The notes: a model not told the origin generated them from the sequence alone. A DNA stretch of 64,000 bases from Anthoceros angustus (GCA_010909165.1 MU008190.1:236024-300023); one strand, 5' to 3'; shown: positions 52,301 to 64,000, counted from the stretch's first letter. Made by a program: numbers and translations.

Positions 52301-55300
52301 CATCACAAGGATAAGCAGACAGCAATCTGGGCAAGTCAGGTACAAAAACAGAACCGACAAACAAATACTTACACAGGACTTTGCCTGTTCACTGTGGTTT
52401 GCTTCCTCGAAAAGGCCATTTGCTGCCTGTGGTTGAATTCCAAGCTCTGTAGGTGTCTTTCCAGATCATCAATTTGTTGCTTCACCACCTGCAAAAGCAA
52501 TTGCTACTGGTTTCAGTTTCTAGCCCCGTATCCAATATTGTAGCCGCCAAACTCGGAGCAACCGACCATGGCAACAACCTGATCTGCTTCAACCACAGCT
52601 TTACGTCTGATTTCTAGCTCAGGGTGCAGATTTTGATGCATCCAGAAGTCCCAATGCCGAATGTCGGCTGCCTGCTCAGCTAAACTTTGGGCATGAATTC
52701 TCCAAGTATCCACTGTAGAGCCCGCAAGGCATTGCCAGTCAGCACGTCATCATAAAGGAGAGAATCCAAGTTGAAGACAAGCACCAGCTCTTCTGTCAAT
52801 CTGCAAAGATCAGCCAAATGTAAACGGTTTAGGTTGCACACCTTTCATGGTATCATCGGTAAGTTCTTCGACTTCTAGTTGCTGTTCAGCAATTATTTTC
52901 TGCATCCAACAATAGATCAGACATCTATTTTCAAGAGATTGCTTAAATAGACATCCATGAAGGACACGTGTATATTATCTAAACTCAAAAAGGAAAAATG
53001 CATTAACTGTCTTTCTGGTGTAGACAAAACAGAACAGGGAGAGGAACTAGATGACCTCACAGGCAAACTAGATGTGTTTCTACAATCACCTTCAGTCGTT
53101 TGGAGTTCTCTGAGAGATTGGAAATCCCTTTCTCCAACTCTTCTAGTGATTTCTCTGCATAAGCTGCAGGAGGAACACCTGTTCCGTTCACAAGGTTACT
53201 TTCGAGATAAGACATCAAAGCATCTGTTTGATCTGCCATTTGCCTGACCTGGAGTCAAACGGGGATACGTAAGAAACACTGACTGGAGATTTCCTAACAG
53301 CAGCAGAAACCATCTTTCACAGGAAAATCAAAAAGTTTTCTTCTGCAAAATTGACCAGCAAAAGTAACTTTTTGCCTTCTCAAGCTCCTTGATGAATTCT
53401 GCTTCCATTTCCGAGACACCAGATATCTGAGGCTCTATCTGGTGTTTCTTGGAGCTCCTCTGAAACGCTGAGGGCCTTGAAACTACGTCCATATTCTTGC
53501 CTAAGTTTAGTGCACTCAAGGTGGCAGGGGTTTGTTCTGGTTGACTTCTAGAAGACAAACTTGACCCTGATGATATAGGTGGCTTCACAGTGCTCGGTCC
53601 CTGAAGACGTGGAGCAGTAAGGCCAAAGACAGGAGATGGAGAGGTAAAACCCTCTTTTGCCGGCTGGGGCATCTGTGATGTCTGACTTTCCTGAGCCAAC
53701 AGGCTCAAAGAGGTACTACTGCCATATGGTCTGTATAGGCCCTCCAGATTTTTCGCAAACCCTTGCTTCTCACCTCGTTCCACTTGAGATGGCTGACTTT
53801 TACTTCCCCAACTAACCGGGTCCCCCTCTCCAATGTGCTCAGCAGAGTAGAGCTCAACATTGGCCTGCAAACTGTTTTTTTGCAAGTAACCCTTGTCACT
53901 TGGCTGAGGGGCAGCCAGGGTAAAGCGCTCAAAGATCGATTTGGATTGTGCAGCAAGAGGTTCAGTTGCAGGCTTAAGCCTTTCAGGAATAGTTCCAGCC
54001 TGCTTCCTGATGTCCTCTGAAGTGTCTGCTTTCCATGGCGACTGGATTGAGGCTGCATAGGTCAACCCAACCTCTGCATCAGGGATAAGACAGTACACAT
54101 TAACGAATCAGCTCTACTAGCAGCGGATCATACCTGACAACTCTTTCCTGGTCCTGCTATGAGGACTTTCAGATCGCAACGGGGAACCATCCCAGGATTG
54201 CACAGGAGTTTCTTCAGACAGATCACTTCCAACTTCTAGCTCAATAGGTTCTTCACCATCAGACAAGCTTGCGCTTTCTTCACCCTCTGTGCTCACTGCA
54301 TCTGCTTTCCTGCGGGTGATTTCTGACACTGCTTGCAATTCATCCTCAGCATCTTTGGATGTATCACCAGCAAATGCCTCAGTATTGGAGCTTGATGGAA
54401 CCTCCTGAGGTGTCCTCACCAGCTCCGGAAATCCCCACCTTTCCCAATTCAGTCAGAAACAGTTTGTCAGTGGCGATAATCATCATGAATCCAAACCAAA
54501 GCGAACACCATAGTATGGAGGGCCATTAAACAACCTGGCAAATGAGAAGAGACTAAGCTTCCCTTCCAAAGTCATACACAGTAACACTGGACACGCAGCG
54601 AGCATAGTCATCCCCGTTTCATCGCGTGGATCAGCAAACTTGATCTGTTCAGCTGTCAGATCTACTCCCAGTCCAACAACAGCATTTTCACCCTCTTTTT
54701 CTACAACACAAAAGACATACATGATGGCATTTATTCAGTTGGTTGTCAAAAGCATAGATATGATCCCTGTACATTTGACAGCAGCCAACATGCAACCAAC
54801 CTGGAAGTTCAATTCTTGGGACCCAGGCATCATTGCTAATGTCAATGGAGACTGGTCCCTCATTTGATTGCCAACCCAGAAGAACAATGTGATCATCCAC
54901 ACTCCTTTTGTTGATTGCCAGTGCCATATCCCTGCAGAGGAAACCATGAAGAAAGCATGAATGCTTCATAACTGGAGCAAGTTCAATGCAGGAAATCTCG
55001 GTCCAGCAGAAAACATGATCTTTCTATACCATAGAGGAAGATACTCCACAAGCATGTAGGGTCCACTTTCAGGTGGAACAACAGTAGCATCAATGGATGC
55101 AAAGAGTGTATCAAAGATGATTGGCATCCTCTCCACTCCCTCCTAAAAGAATCAGCAAATTGGGATGGATCATTACAACTTCCTCACTAACAAGATATTA
55201 GAGACTGCCAGTGATATATCAATTCTCTGAGACTGCCCACTAAGTTTACAGGCTGCAGGAGTAGAACCTTCAAGGATCAAACCCCTCAAAACATGCACAA

Positions 55301-56636
55301 TTCAAAATAAGGCACCTACATCACACAGATAATGAAACGACTGACATGTTGGCCTCACCTGGGCCAGGTTTCCCTTAGTACAGTGCACCATCAGCAATGG
55401 GCACTCAGACTCACAGTCTTCAGTAGTCCGTACATAGCTAACCATGATGCTGTCAGGACGCACCCAGTGTATTGTATCAACTGCCAAAAACCAACAGTGT
55501 TTAGACAATCTTAGCCAGTAAAAGGCATGCTCTGCTTTGGAGCGGAAATTACAACGGAATTGATTGCATAAAAAAAGAGCACTTCAATTCTCTGAGCAGT
55601 CCATGCCCACAGCAGCAAAACCGCAGACATCAGATTCAATGCTAGGTCCACATATACCTTGTGCACTTACATCCTCGTCAGGAGCAGATAGATCTGGTAA
55701 CGAAAACTTGAACGTCCGTGAGAGATCCTGAGCCGTGATATTTAAGTGACCATCACGAGTCGCATAGGCTACATGGTCCCCATCTGGACTCCAAGACACT
55801 GCAAAAATGGCAGGATGATGTAACATTTTGAGAAGCTGATCTTATCCCACTCTTTTGAACCATGGAGAAAGTCACCAATTTCCTTAACCTGCAAGAGCTC
55901 CATCCTCCACGACAGTCTTAGCATTTCCAAGCTGTCCGGCCACAAGTTTCCCCCTGTCTGAGAGGGCAACATAAGCCTGTTGCTTGGAAGGGCTCCAACT
56001 GAAATCCTTAACAAGGCCAGTCTCCGGTGCAACAGACACAGTCTTGGAAGAGCTTGAGTTCCCCTGCTAGACAAGAATACAGGAATATGTTAAGACATTC
56101 AACCCAAAGCAAGTACTTGCATCGATGGACAAAGTACGTAGTGGTTGGAAAGGAGCCCACCTTGAGCACAAGACTTGGGACGTCGTACAGATGTACGCAG
56201 TTCTGAGCACTGACAGCAAGTTCAAGCTCATCTGACGACAGTACTAGAGAACGCACTCCAGAGAGCACGACATTGACCACAGACTTATCCAGCACAGTAG
56301 AAGCAGTTTTGGTGTGCTCCTTCAAAGCCAGAGCAAGCTGACACAGTTCGGCGGTTTTGACCACACCGAAACCTGCTTGATTGAAACAATCCATGTTCAG
56401 AGGTGAGAATTTCGAAGACCCCCTACTGCAACTTCGTTCCCAAACATTAATGATCCCCAACACTTACCATCCGGATGCGCAAAAAATGTGTAGCCATAAA
56501 TCTTGGACACCGCCAGCCCACGAGATGGCACTTTTTCCCAAAACACCCCTTCTTCTGACTTGGCAATTCGCACATCCACTCCGATCCTGCGGAAAAACAC
56601 ATCCTCTCGCAAAACCGGAGCCTCTTTCAGCTCCAT
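49317..56636 (-). CDS. NUP214: Nucleoporin NUP214 (beta-propeller, coiled coil, FG repeats), multi-exon
   Basis: N-terminal GLAVSKIYGYTFFAHPDG and propeller exons, then a Ser/Pro-rich middle and ALGSALGTFGQTRQLG. GGGFAAAAS repeats precede the terminal PLFTQMRK* typical of plant NUP214. Confidence 0.9.
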
Positions 56637-57672
56637 ACCAACAAAGTATCACTTCATGAGCGCGGAGCTGCCACCACAGTTCACCTGCAGTCGGAATCGA
56701 GAATGTGCAAAAACATTAACCACAAATCCATCAAACAAAAGCCAACAACGAGGAGAGCACTTCACCCCAGCGGAATCCCAGCTGAAATGAAGTCCAACAA
56801 GCAGGCAGCTCCGTAATTCACCGGTACCTACACCGTCCAAAGCAGGCGTACTCGCCTACCCGCCTGATGAGAGCTCCGCCCAGACTGCGGCACGGTCTAA
56901 TTCAGACAAGGCGATGGCGGGAAGTCCACGAAATTAACCCTAAAACCTGATCACGATCCAAATGCATTACTTTTATGCCGTCCCCGTTATCGGACTGTGT
57001 TTGTACGCAGGTACATACTTTATGGAGCACAGGTTTCCTGTGCCATCCTGAAATTCGTCCTCAGAGTGGACTTCAATCAAATTCTCTTCTCCTTCTGGAA
57101 ACAGCAATATGCAGTATGTAGTTCGAATGGCATTGAGATTCAGCTGACCCAGACACCTTGGAACAAACACCTTTGTTCCCTGACTGGTACGGCGAGGGAC
57201 TCCTGTTTCTCTTTGTTGGTAAAGCAGCCACCAAACCAAAGTGCCGCACGGGGCCTACTCAAAACGGGCCGTAAGGCGTACGCAGGGATGCATTGCATGC
57301 ACTTTGCAGTGATGTAGTGAAATCTTTTGAATGTGATAAATTTCATAGCTTACTGAACACTGGGTGGCAGCCCTGGATTGCGAGTTTGCCACATAAACGG
57401 TCTGTGCATTAGTCTACCTCGTGTGTTCTGTTGAGATGAAGGGTGGAGGGAACTTGGACCTTGGACGGGACGCAGGAATGGGATCAGATAACTCGTAACA
57501 AAGGGCAGCAGGAAATACACCCCGTGATCTAGCACAGTAACAGGTACAATATCCTGCAAACCTTATCCGAAATCGACCCCAACTGTCGCGGAAGTCGAGC
57601 GGCGTCTCGAGCGGGCTTTTCACAGCCCCGTAACGCTTCCCGGTTGTGGAACTTGGAAGGCCGGCTGTTGAG

Positions 57673-60600
57673 ATGAATCTCTTGGGTACCCCCCGGGTCT
57701 CGTCTCCTCCTGTTTCATCGTTTCACAATTGCTCGACCCAGAGGATCGTGCTGTCTCGGTACGTGGGGTGGAGGAAAGCGTGCAGTGCAGCTGTCTTTCC
57801 AGGGATCTCAGGACCTGGGGCCGGTGGACTGTTTTGTGGGACTGCAAGGCATCGCCCTCGGCAACCTGGGAAGATTTTTTGGTAACCCAAATTGCTTTGA
57901 GATTCGCCTGAAATGTGTAGTTTTAATTCATTCAGTCATGAGGTTGCAGGAGTGGACGTCAGGTTGTGATTGACCATTCGTGGTGCAGTGTCAGGAATGA
58001 GGAACCCAAAACTCCGAAGACGGAGAGGTCTTTTTTTGATAATGCAAGCAATTTGCTGACAAATCTATTAAGCGGGGGAAGCGTGGGAGGGATGCCCATC
58101 GCTGAGGGGGCGGTGTCGGACTTGTTCGACAGGCCTCTTTTTTACGCCCTTTATGACTGGTTCATCGAAGTAAGCCTCGGCTGAGAGGTGTGAGAGTTTC
58201 AGGATTCTCAGTTGTCCAGACCTGACTTTCGATTGTCATGCAGCACGGCCCAGTGTACAAGCTAGCTTTCGGACCCAAGGCATTCGTGGTTGTATCAGAT
58301 CCTATTGTCGCCCGGCATATACTGCGTGAAAATGCTTTTGGTTATGACAAGGTGTACAGCACTTTTGCTTTTCAAGTTGTGTTTCACACAATCACCTTAT
58401 GAGTTTCGGGCAAGGAAAGCATATCATTGCTCCTTCATGATGCCGTAGTGTTTGCTTCTCAGGGGGTCCTTGCTGACATTCTTGAACCTATTATGGGAAA
58501 AGGGCTTATCCCTGCTGATCTAGAGACATGGAAAGTACGCAGAAGAGGTAACTGCATGCTCACTTTCTTGTTTGAATCCGCACAGTGTGTTACTGATGTC
58601 GGTGACCGTCAAGTTTTCCGCTGTTCTTGTACACTTTTCTGGAGTACTTTCACAGTACTCATTGTTTCTGTTCATGTGACCAGCTATCGTGCCAGGATTC
58701 CATACTGCATACCTGGAGGCAATGGTGCAAGTCTTTGATGACTGTGCAGAGAGGACAGTACAAAAGCTTGAGAAGCTCTTAACTGAAGCTAAGAGCAACG
58801 GCAAAGACTTTGTTGAAGTAGAGATGGAGTCAGAGTTTTCAAGCCTCGCACTAGACATCATTGGATTAAGCGTCTTCAACTACGACTTTGGATCCGTTAC
58901 TCAAGAATCTCCTGTTATTGCGGTACTGATCATAAGCTGTTCCTCTGCCTATTTCTGTCCTGCATTTACACCAGAATGGCTGGCGGCTACTTCACAAATT
59001 TACTTGTGAGGCATGTCGATTCCATGGTTTGATGGAGGTGGTGACATTGGTGACCAGGCTGTATATGGGACCCTGTCTGAGGCAGAACACAGATCAACGT
59101 TTTACATCCCATACTGGAAGTTTCCATTATCACGATGGCTTGTCCCTCGCCAACGGAAGTTTCACAATGACTTGAAAGTTATCAATGATTGTCTCGACGA
59201 CTTAATTCAAAGAGCAAGGGACACCAGACAGGCACGTTACTACAAATTCCCGGCCTTCTCCCTCAAAGTTCGGCTTACATTTGCCAAATTCTCCAGCGTC
59301 TAGACATGGTTTCCCATACTTGAGCTTATTAGTTGATCTGCGTACAGGAGGAAGACATTGAAGCGTTACAACAACGGGATTATTCCAAAGTCAAAGTTCG
59401 TACTTGCATACTTCAACCTGATCATGTACTCGACATTAGTGTTTTCACGGGTGTCTGATTGTTTGAAACGCTATTCCACAGGATGCCAGCTTGTTGCGAT
59501 TCTTGGTCGATATGAGGGGGGAAGATGCAGATGACAAACAGGTTGGTTATCTGTTATATATCTACAGAAGAGGATTTTAGCTTGATGCTTTTGTCTTGGA
59601 GTTTCTCATCAGGTGCTGGTAGCATGTCAGATGAATCGGCCCGTAGACTGTTGTTGGCAATGGTCATTGTCCAATGAGAGAAGAGGTGCTGGGTTCATTG
59701 CAGCTGCGAGATGATCTTATGACAATGCTCATTGCTGGTCACGAAACAACTGCTGCTGTGCTTACTTGGGCTACATACATGTTAGCTCAGGTCAGTCTCT
59801 CTCTCCCTCTATGTCGCTCTCTCTCTCTCTCTCTCGTGATGTTGCACTTAATTTCGATGTTATTCTGAGCAATTACTGATTTTTCTGTCACTTTGCAGAA
59901 TCCTGAGAAGGTAGCCAAAGCGCAAAAGGAGATCGATTCAGTTCTTGGTGGAAGAAGGCCGACTCTTCAAGATCTTAAGAAGTTGCAGTAAGTTCTCCTT
60001 CCTACCTCCTTGCCTTATATGCTGGATCCATGGTATATTTTTTGTGTGTACTGCCTAGCGGCAAGCCATTGCCTCAAAGCACGTGGATACTCAAGACTAA
60101 GACAGTGTGCATGACTTTTGACCTTCACGATGCCCATTGGCAGCACATTCACAAGCTGCAAAGTTTGAAAGGCCTATGCAAGCTTGCTTGACAGTTGATG
60201 GAAGGAATCTCGATATCAGGTTCTGATGTCAGGGTTGTGAGATTCTGGGTCTCAGGTGTCAGGTTGAGATGGATGATAACCAGTCCCTACTTGGAAAGAG
60301 AGTGCAGCGCTTCAGAATCGCACACACCCTACAAGAATCTTTGTGGTATTTTGGAGATATGATTTCCAAATACGCGAAGGTCCTAACAAGTACCCATATT
60401 GACCCGCATGTTGAGTATTGCTGGTCAGCAGCATGTGATGTCCCCCAGGTAGGGTGTAGAAGTCATCCACCAGATCGCAGCTGGAAGAATCATGCCTCAC
60501 CAAAGCCTCGTCTTATTCATACCTTACTAAGAAAGAAGAGGGAGAGAACCCAGAAACGGAAGGTGATGGATGGCTTTGGAATCGCTTCACCTGCCCAAGA

Positions 60601-62505
60601 AGGAATTGTTGCTCGCAACGACGATCTACCGATTTTTTCGTTTGCGGTGATAACAGATGTTCAGTATGCTGACATTCCGGATGGCTTCTCTTTTGGTGGG
60701 GTTCCTCGCTATTACCGCCACAGTCTTGAAGCTCTGGAAAGGGCTGTCGTGCAATGGAACCAGAAGGGAGAGCTTGGTTTTGTTGTACACTGTGGGGATA
60801 TTGTGGATGGCTTTTGTCCAAAGGAAGATGCAATCGGAGCTGTCTCCAGGGTTGTGGCTGCGTTTGACAGGTTCAACGGCAGGGTTTATCATATTCTGGG
60901 AAATCATTGTTTCTACAACTTGCCGAGAACTGAGCTTAACAGCATACTCAACATTCCAGTGTCCGAGGATGGGCGCTCCTACTATGACTTCTGTCCCACA
61001 AGCTCGTTCCGGCTTGTTGTTTTGGATGGTTATGACATCAGCGCCCTTGGTTGGCCAGAAGATCATCCGCATACAGAACTGGCCAATTCCCTGCTTAACA
61101 GTAGGAACCCAAATGAGGAGAAAAACAGTCCAGAAGGGCTTAGTGGAAATGACCGACGGTTTGTGAAGTTCAATGGGGGTGTCAGCTCTGGTCAACTCAA
61201 GTGGCTAGATAGCGTGTTGCAGGAATCCACGTCCCTGAGCCAGAAGGTCATCATCCTATGCCACCTGCCCTTGAACCCCGCAGCTGCCTCCCCAGTTTCA
61301 TTGCTTTGGAACTACGACGAGGTTATGATGGTAATCCACAAATATAAGTGTGTTGTAGCATGTTTAGCAGGTCATGCTCATAGGGGTGGGTATGCCATTG
61401 ACTCGCAAGGGATCCATCACCGAACCTTGGAAGCCGTGCTCGAATGCCCTCCTGGAACTGATGCTTTTGGCCACATAGATGTGTATAATGACCACTTGTC
61501 TCTAGTAGGGGTTGGCCGTATGGCATCCACTGATATGTATTTCCAAACCTGATCAAAGAATCTATTTCACAGTTTGGTCTCTGTGGAGGGCTTGGACAGA
61601 AAGCTTCTGAAGTGTTTTCCAAAAGCTCAGGATTGCCATTCCTGTTAGGTTGAAAGTTGCTTATCAAATGTCCTGGGTGGCTGCTGGTCAGGTACATCCG
61701 ACTGATTGTAGCTGAATCACTTCGGCTGTATCCGCAACCACCACTTCTCATCCGACGGTCTCTGAAGCCCGATACGCTACCTGGTAGGTCCAAACTGTTT
61801 GGAAAGATGCCCCTGTGCTCTCAGAGACTGTTTCAACTAACTGCTTACCATCCTCCACAGGTGGTCATCGAGGGGAACCAAGTGGCTATTTCATCCCTAG
61901 AGGAGCTGATATTTTCATTTCGGTAAGTTTCCTGAATTCCTCCACAGGGCACCCGTCTATGATCATTCGTACCCCGATTCTGAAGCGTTTTGTTCCTCTG
62001 GCAGGTATACAATTTGCACCGGTCTCCATTCTTTTGGAAAAATCCGGAAAAGTTTGAACCAGAGAGATTTGGGGAGGCAAGGATGGATGAAGGTATTTCT
62101 GGATGGGAAGGGTTTGATCCGACCAGAGCTGCAGGATCGTTGTACCCAAATGAGGTAAATCAAGCAGCTAAGCTTATGACATAGAAGATATCGGTGTGAG
62201 AAACGTCAGCGTGGTTCTTGATATCGCATTATGTGCAGGTAATGTCAGACTTTGCGTTCCTGCCATTCGGAGGCGGACCTCGCAAGTGTGTTGGGGACCA
62301 GTTTGCCCTAATGGAATCTACGGTGGGATTGGCAATGCTGTTGCAAAACTACGACGTCGAGTTGAGAGGGTCACCCGAGGATGTGGAGCTGGTCACTGGC
62401 GCCACTCTGCACACCAAAAATGGTATGTGGTGTAAACTGAGAACACGAGGACATGTGAACACGGAGGAAGCCAGTATTCGGGTGCAAGAAGTGTCAGCAC
62501 TTTAG
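57673..62505 (+). CDS. CYP97B: Cytochrome P450 CYP97B (plastid carotenoid hydroxylase family), multi-exon
   Basis: [34 protein letters not shown]-helix [11 protein letters not shown]-helix [16 protein letters not shown], and heme motif [10 protein letters not shown]. First exon (57673-57758) inferred from splice phase. Confidence 0.95.
60566..61552 (+). CDS. ADPRM: Mn-dependent ADP-ribose/CDP-alcohol diphosphatase, intronless, nested in CYP97B intron 59988-61691
   Basis: Metallophosphoesterase motifs [32 protein letters not shown] and AGHAH. Family-specific [23 protein letters not shown] and [15 protein letters not shown]. The frame is open further upstream (ATG 60269). Confidence 0.93.
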   Translation: MDGFGIASPAQEGIVARNDDLPIFSFAVITDVQYADIPDGFSFGGVPRYYRHSLEALERAVVQWNQKGELGFVVHCGDIVDGFCPKEDAIGAVSRVVAAFDRFNGRVYHILGNHCFYNLPRTELNSILNIPVSEDGRSYYDFCPTSSFRLVVLDGYDISALGWPEDHPHTELANSLLNSRNPNEEKNSPEGLSGNDRRFVKFNGGVSSGQLKWLDSVLQESTSLSQKVIILCHLPLNPAAASPVSLLWNYDEVMMVIHKYKCVVACLAGHAHRGGYAIDSQGIHHRTLEAVLECPPGTDAFGHIDVYNDHLSLVGVGRMASTDMYFQT

Positions 62506-62822
62506 TGCGTCTATGGCTTTCGATCTTTCACGTGGGTTGCGACACCCACAGAGGGGAGCCATTAGTGAACTTCGTTTGGAAGACTCGTTTTTCAAAACAG
62601 CTTTTATTTTTTTATTTAAATTTCAAAACTGATGAATTCCTGAACATTTCACATGTCCCACAAGTTAGTTGAGCAACCATGCATTTTATAAAAACTTAAC
62701 AACTATGAACTACTATTGTATTAGATTGACGATGTAACTAGTTCTCATTTATGTTATCAATTGAGAAGGTTATGAAGTAATTTTTTTCATACAAGTGGGT
62801 TTCCGAAGATCAATCTTCAAGC

Positions 62823-63296
62823 ATGTTTGTTAAGATTTTCTCTTTGGGTTTTATTATGTGCACACTTGTACTTACATGCATGATGCAAACAATTGAGAAT
62901 GAGAGTGAGATCACTGCTGATACAACTATTGTAGATTCAAAATGTGGGGAAACCATGTTTGCACCCAATAGTGCATATGAACAATTATATCATCTAATGA
63001 AACAAAGATTGCAAGATAAAGCCTCTGATAGGTTCCCTCTAATAGGTGAAACGCGTAATTTCCCTTTTGAGGAGATTTATGGAGAGATCCATTATCGTGC
63101 TTCGTGTTCCAAACCATCTACCTCTATGAAAAACAGAGAAGATTGTACAGTATGTATTCTTACACTTAGTACATGGATAGGTGAATCATATTGCCCTTTG
63201 AAGAAGACTGCTCAACTTTATGCCAAAGATTGTTTCATCCGATACTCTGACTCCCCACTACCACGAGAAACCATGAGTCCTTGGAATGAAGACTAA
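62823..63296 (+). CDS. Secreted single-domain DUF26/Gnk2-homologous cysteine-rich protein (157 aa), intronless
   Basis: Hydrophobic signal peptide, C-G-x3-F-x-P-N-S-x-Y start, DCxxC, and terminal C-x6-AQLY-x2-DCFIRYS pattern of the stress-antifungal DUF26 fold. Confidence 0.75.
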   Translation: MFVKIFSLGFIMCTLVLTCMMQTIENESEITADTTIVDSKCGETMFAPNSAYEQLYHLMKQRLQDKASDRFPLIGETRNFPFEEIYGEIHYRASCSKPSTSMKNREDCTVCILTLSTWIGESYCPLKKTAQLYAKDCFIRYSDSPLPRETMSPWNED

Positions 63297-63624
63297 AGGA
63301 TTATAGATATGTTTGAGAAAATACTTAGAAATATGATTATAGTATTGTAACTATTATATATATCTTCTTTAATCAACTTTAATAAATAGTTTTATATGGT
63401 TAATAGATAGAACCTCGTAGGATCAATACTTACCAAATTGTGTGCAACCAAAAATGTGAATAGTTGATGAATAATTAACAAATAAGTATGTCATATGTTC
63501 TTATTTTCATGTTTCCTACTTCCATCCTTCCAACCAAAGTATTTAAGATTCCATGATATACATTTATTTGAGGTGGGAAGTACAAACTTTACGAGTGTTA
63601 GCTCTCACTCATGCAAATGGTTAG

Positions 63625-63810
63625 CCCAAATGAGGTAAATCAAGCAGCTAAACATGACATAGAAGATATCGGTGTGAGAAACGTCAGCGTGGTTCTTGAT
63701 ATCGCATTATGTGCACACTTGTACTTACATGCATGATGCAAACAATTGAGAAGGTTATGAAGTAATTTTTCATACAAGTGGGTTTAGAAGATCAATCTTC
63801 AAGCATGTTT
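63625..63810 (+). repeat. Mosaic of three locally copied segments (from 62145-62237, 62853-62899, 62758-62828)
   Basis: Direct sequence identity to each source, with joins at the shared 10-mers attatgtgca and caattgagaa. Confidence 0.92.
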
Positions 63811-63820
63811 CCTAGCACAT

Positions 63821-63995
63821 GGGAGCTACACTCTTGAGGATAGGACTTTGGTGCCTAGAGGCCTTGGGAGCTACACTCTTGTGAGGATAGGACTTTGGTG
63901 CCTAGAGGCCTTGGGAGCTACACTCTTGTGAGGATAGGACTTTGGTGCCTAGAGGCCTTGGGAGCTACACTCTTGTGAGGATAGGACTTTGGTGC
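63821..63995. repeat. 47-bp minisatellite, about 3.8 copies (GGGAGCTACACTCTTGTGAGGATAGGACTTTGGTGCCTAGAGGCCTT)
   Basis: Units start at 63821 (45 bp, lacks GT), 63866, 63913 and 63960. Confidence 0.95.
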
Positions 63996-64000
63996 GTCTA

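Overview
Gene-dense nuclear DNA from a compact-genome land plant. Most spliceosomal introns are about 70-300 bp and intergenic DNA is rich in microsatellites. The compactness plus a ciliary PTPDC1-like gene fit a seed-free plant with flagellated sperm (hornwort- or lycophyte-like); this is inference and the species is not determined. Left to right: a decayed Ty3/gypsy LTR element (minus strand; 179-bp LTR, PBS, gag, zinc knuckle, protease, internal gag duplication) inserted into a LINE fragment; GH3 acyl-amido synthetase; about 6 kb of SSR-rich non-coding DNA; an intronless AT-rich PTPDC1-like pseudophosphatase; an SH4-clade trihelix TF; organellar YchF/OLA1 GTPase; an LRX with an unusual (PPGVGHH)n N-terminal repeat; a tRNA-like relic; NDB-type NAD(P)H dehydrogenase; SEC14/SFH; DEAH helicase; Lunapark; NUF2; NUP214; CYP97B; a single-domain DUF26 protein; a templated-insertion mosaic; and a 47-bp minisatellite. 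The most striking feature is a complete, same-strand Mn-dependent ADP-ribose/CDP-alcohol diphosphatase (ADPRM) gene nested inside one 1.7-kb intron of CYP97B, with an alternative AG that would join the two in frame. Exon boundaries were read by hand and product calls rest on remembered family motifs; no database searches were run.
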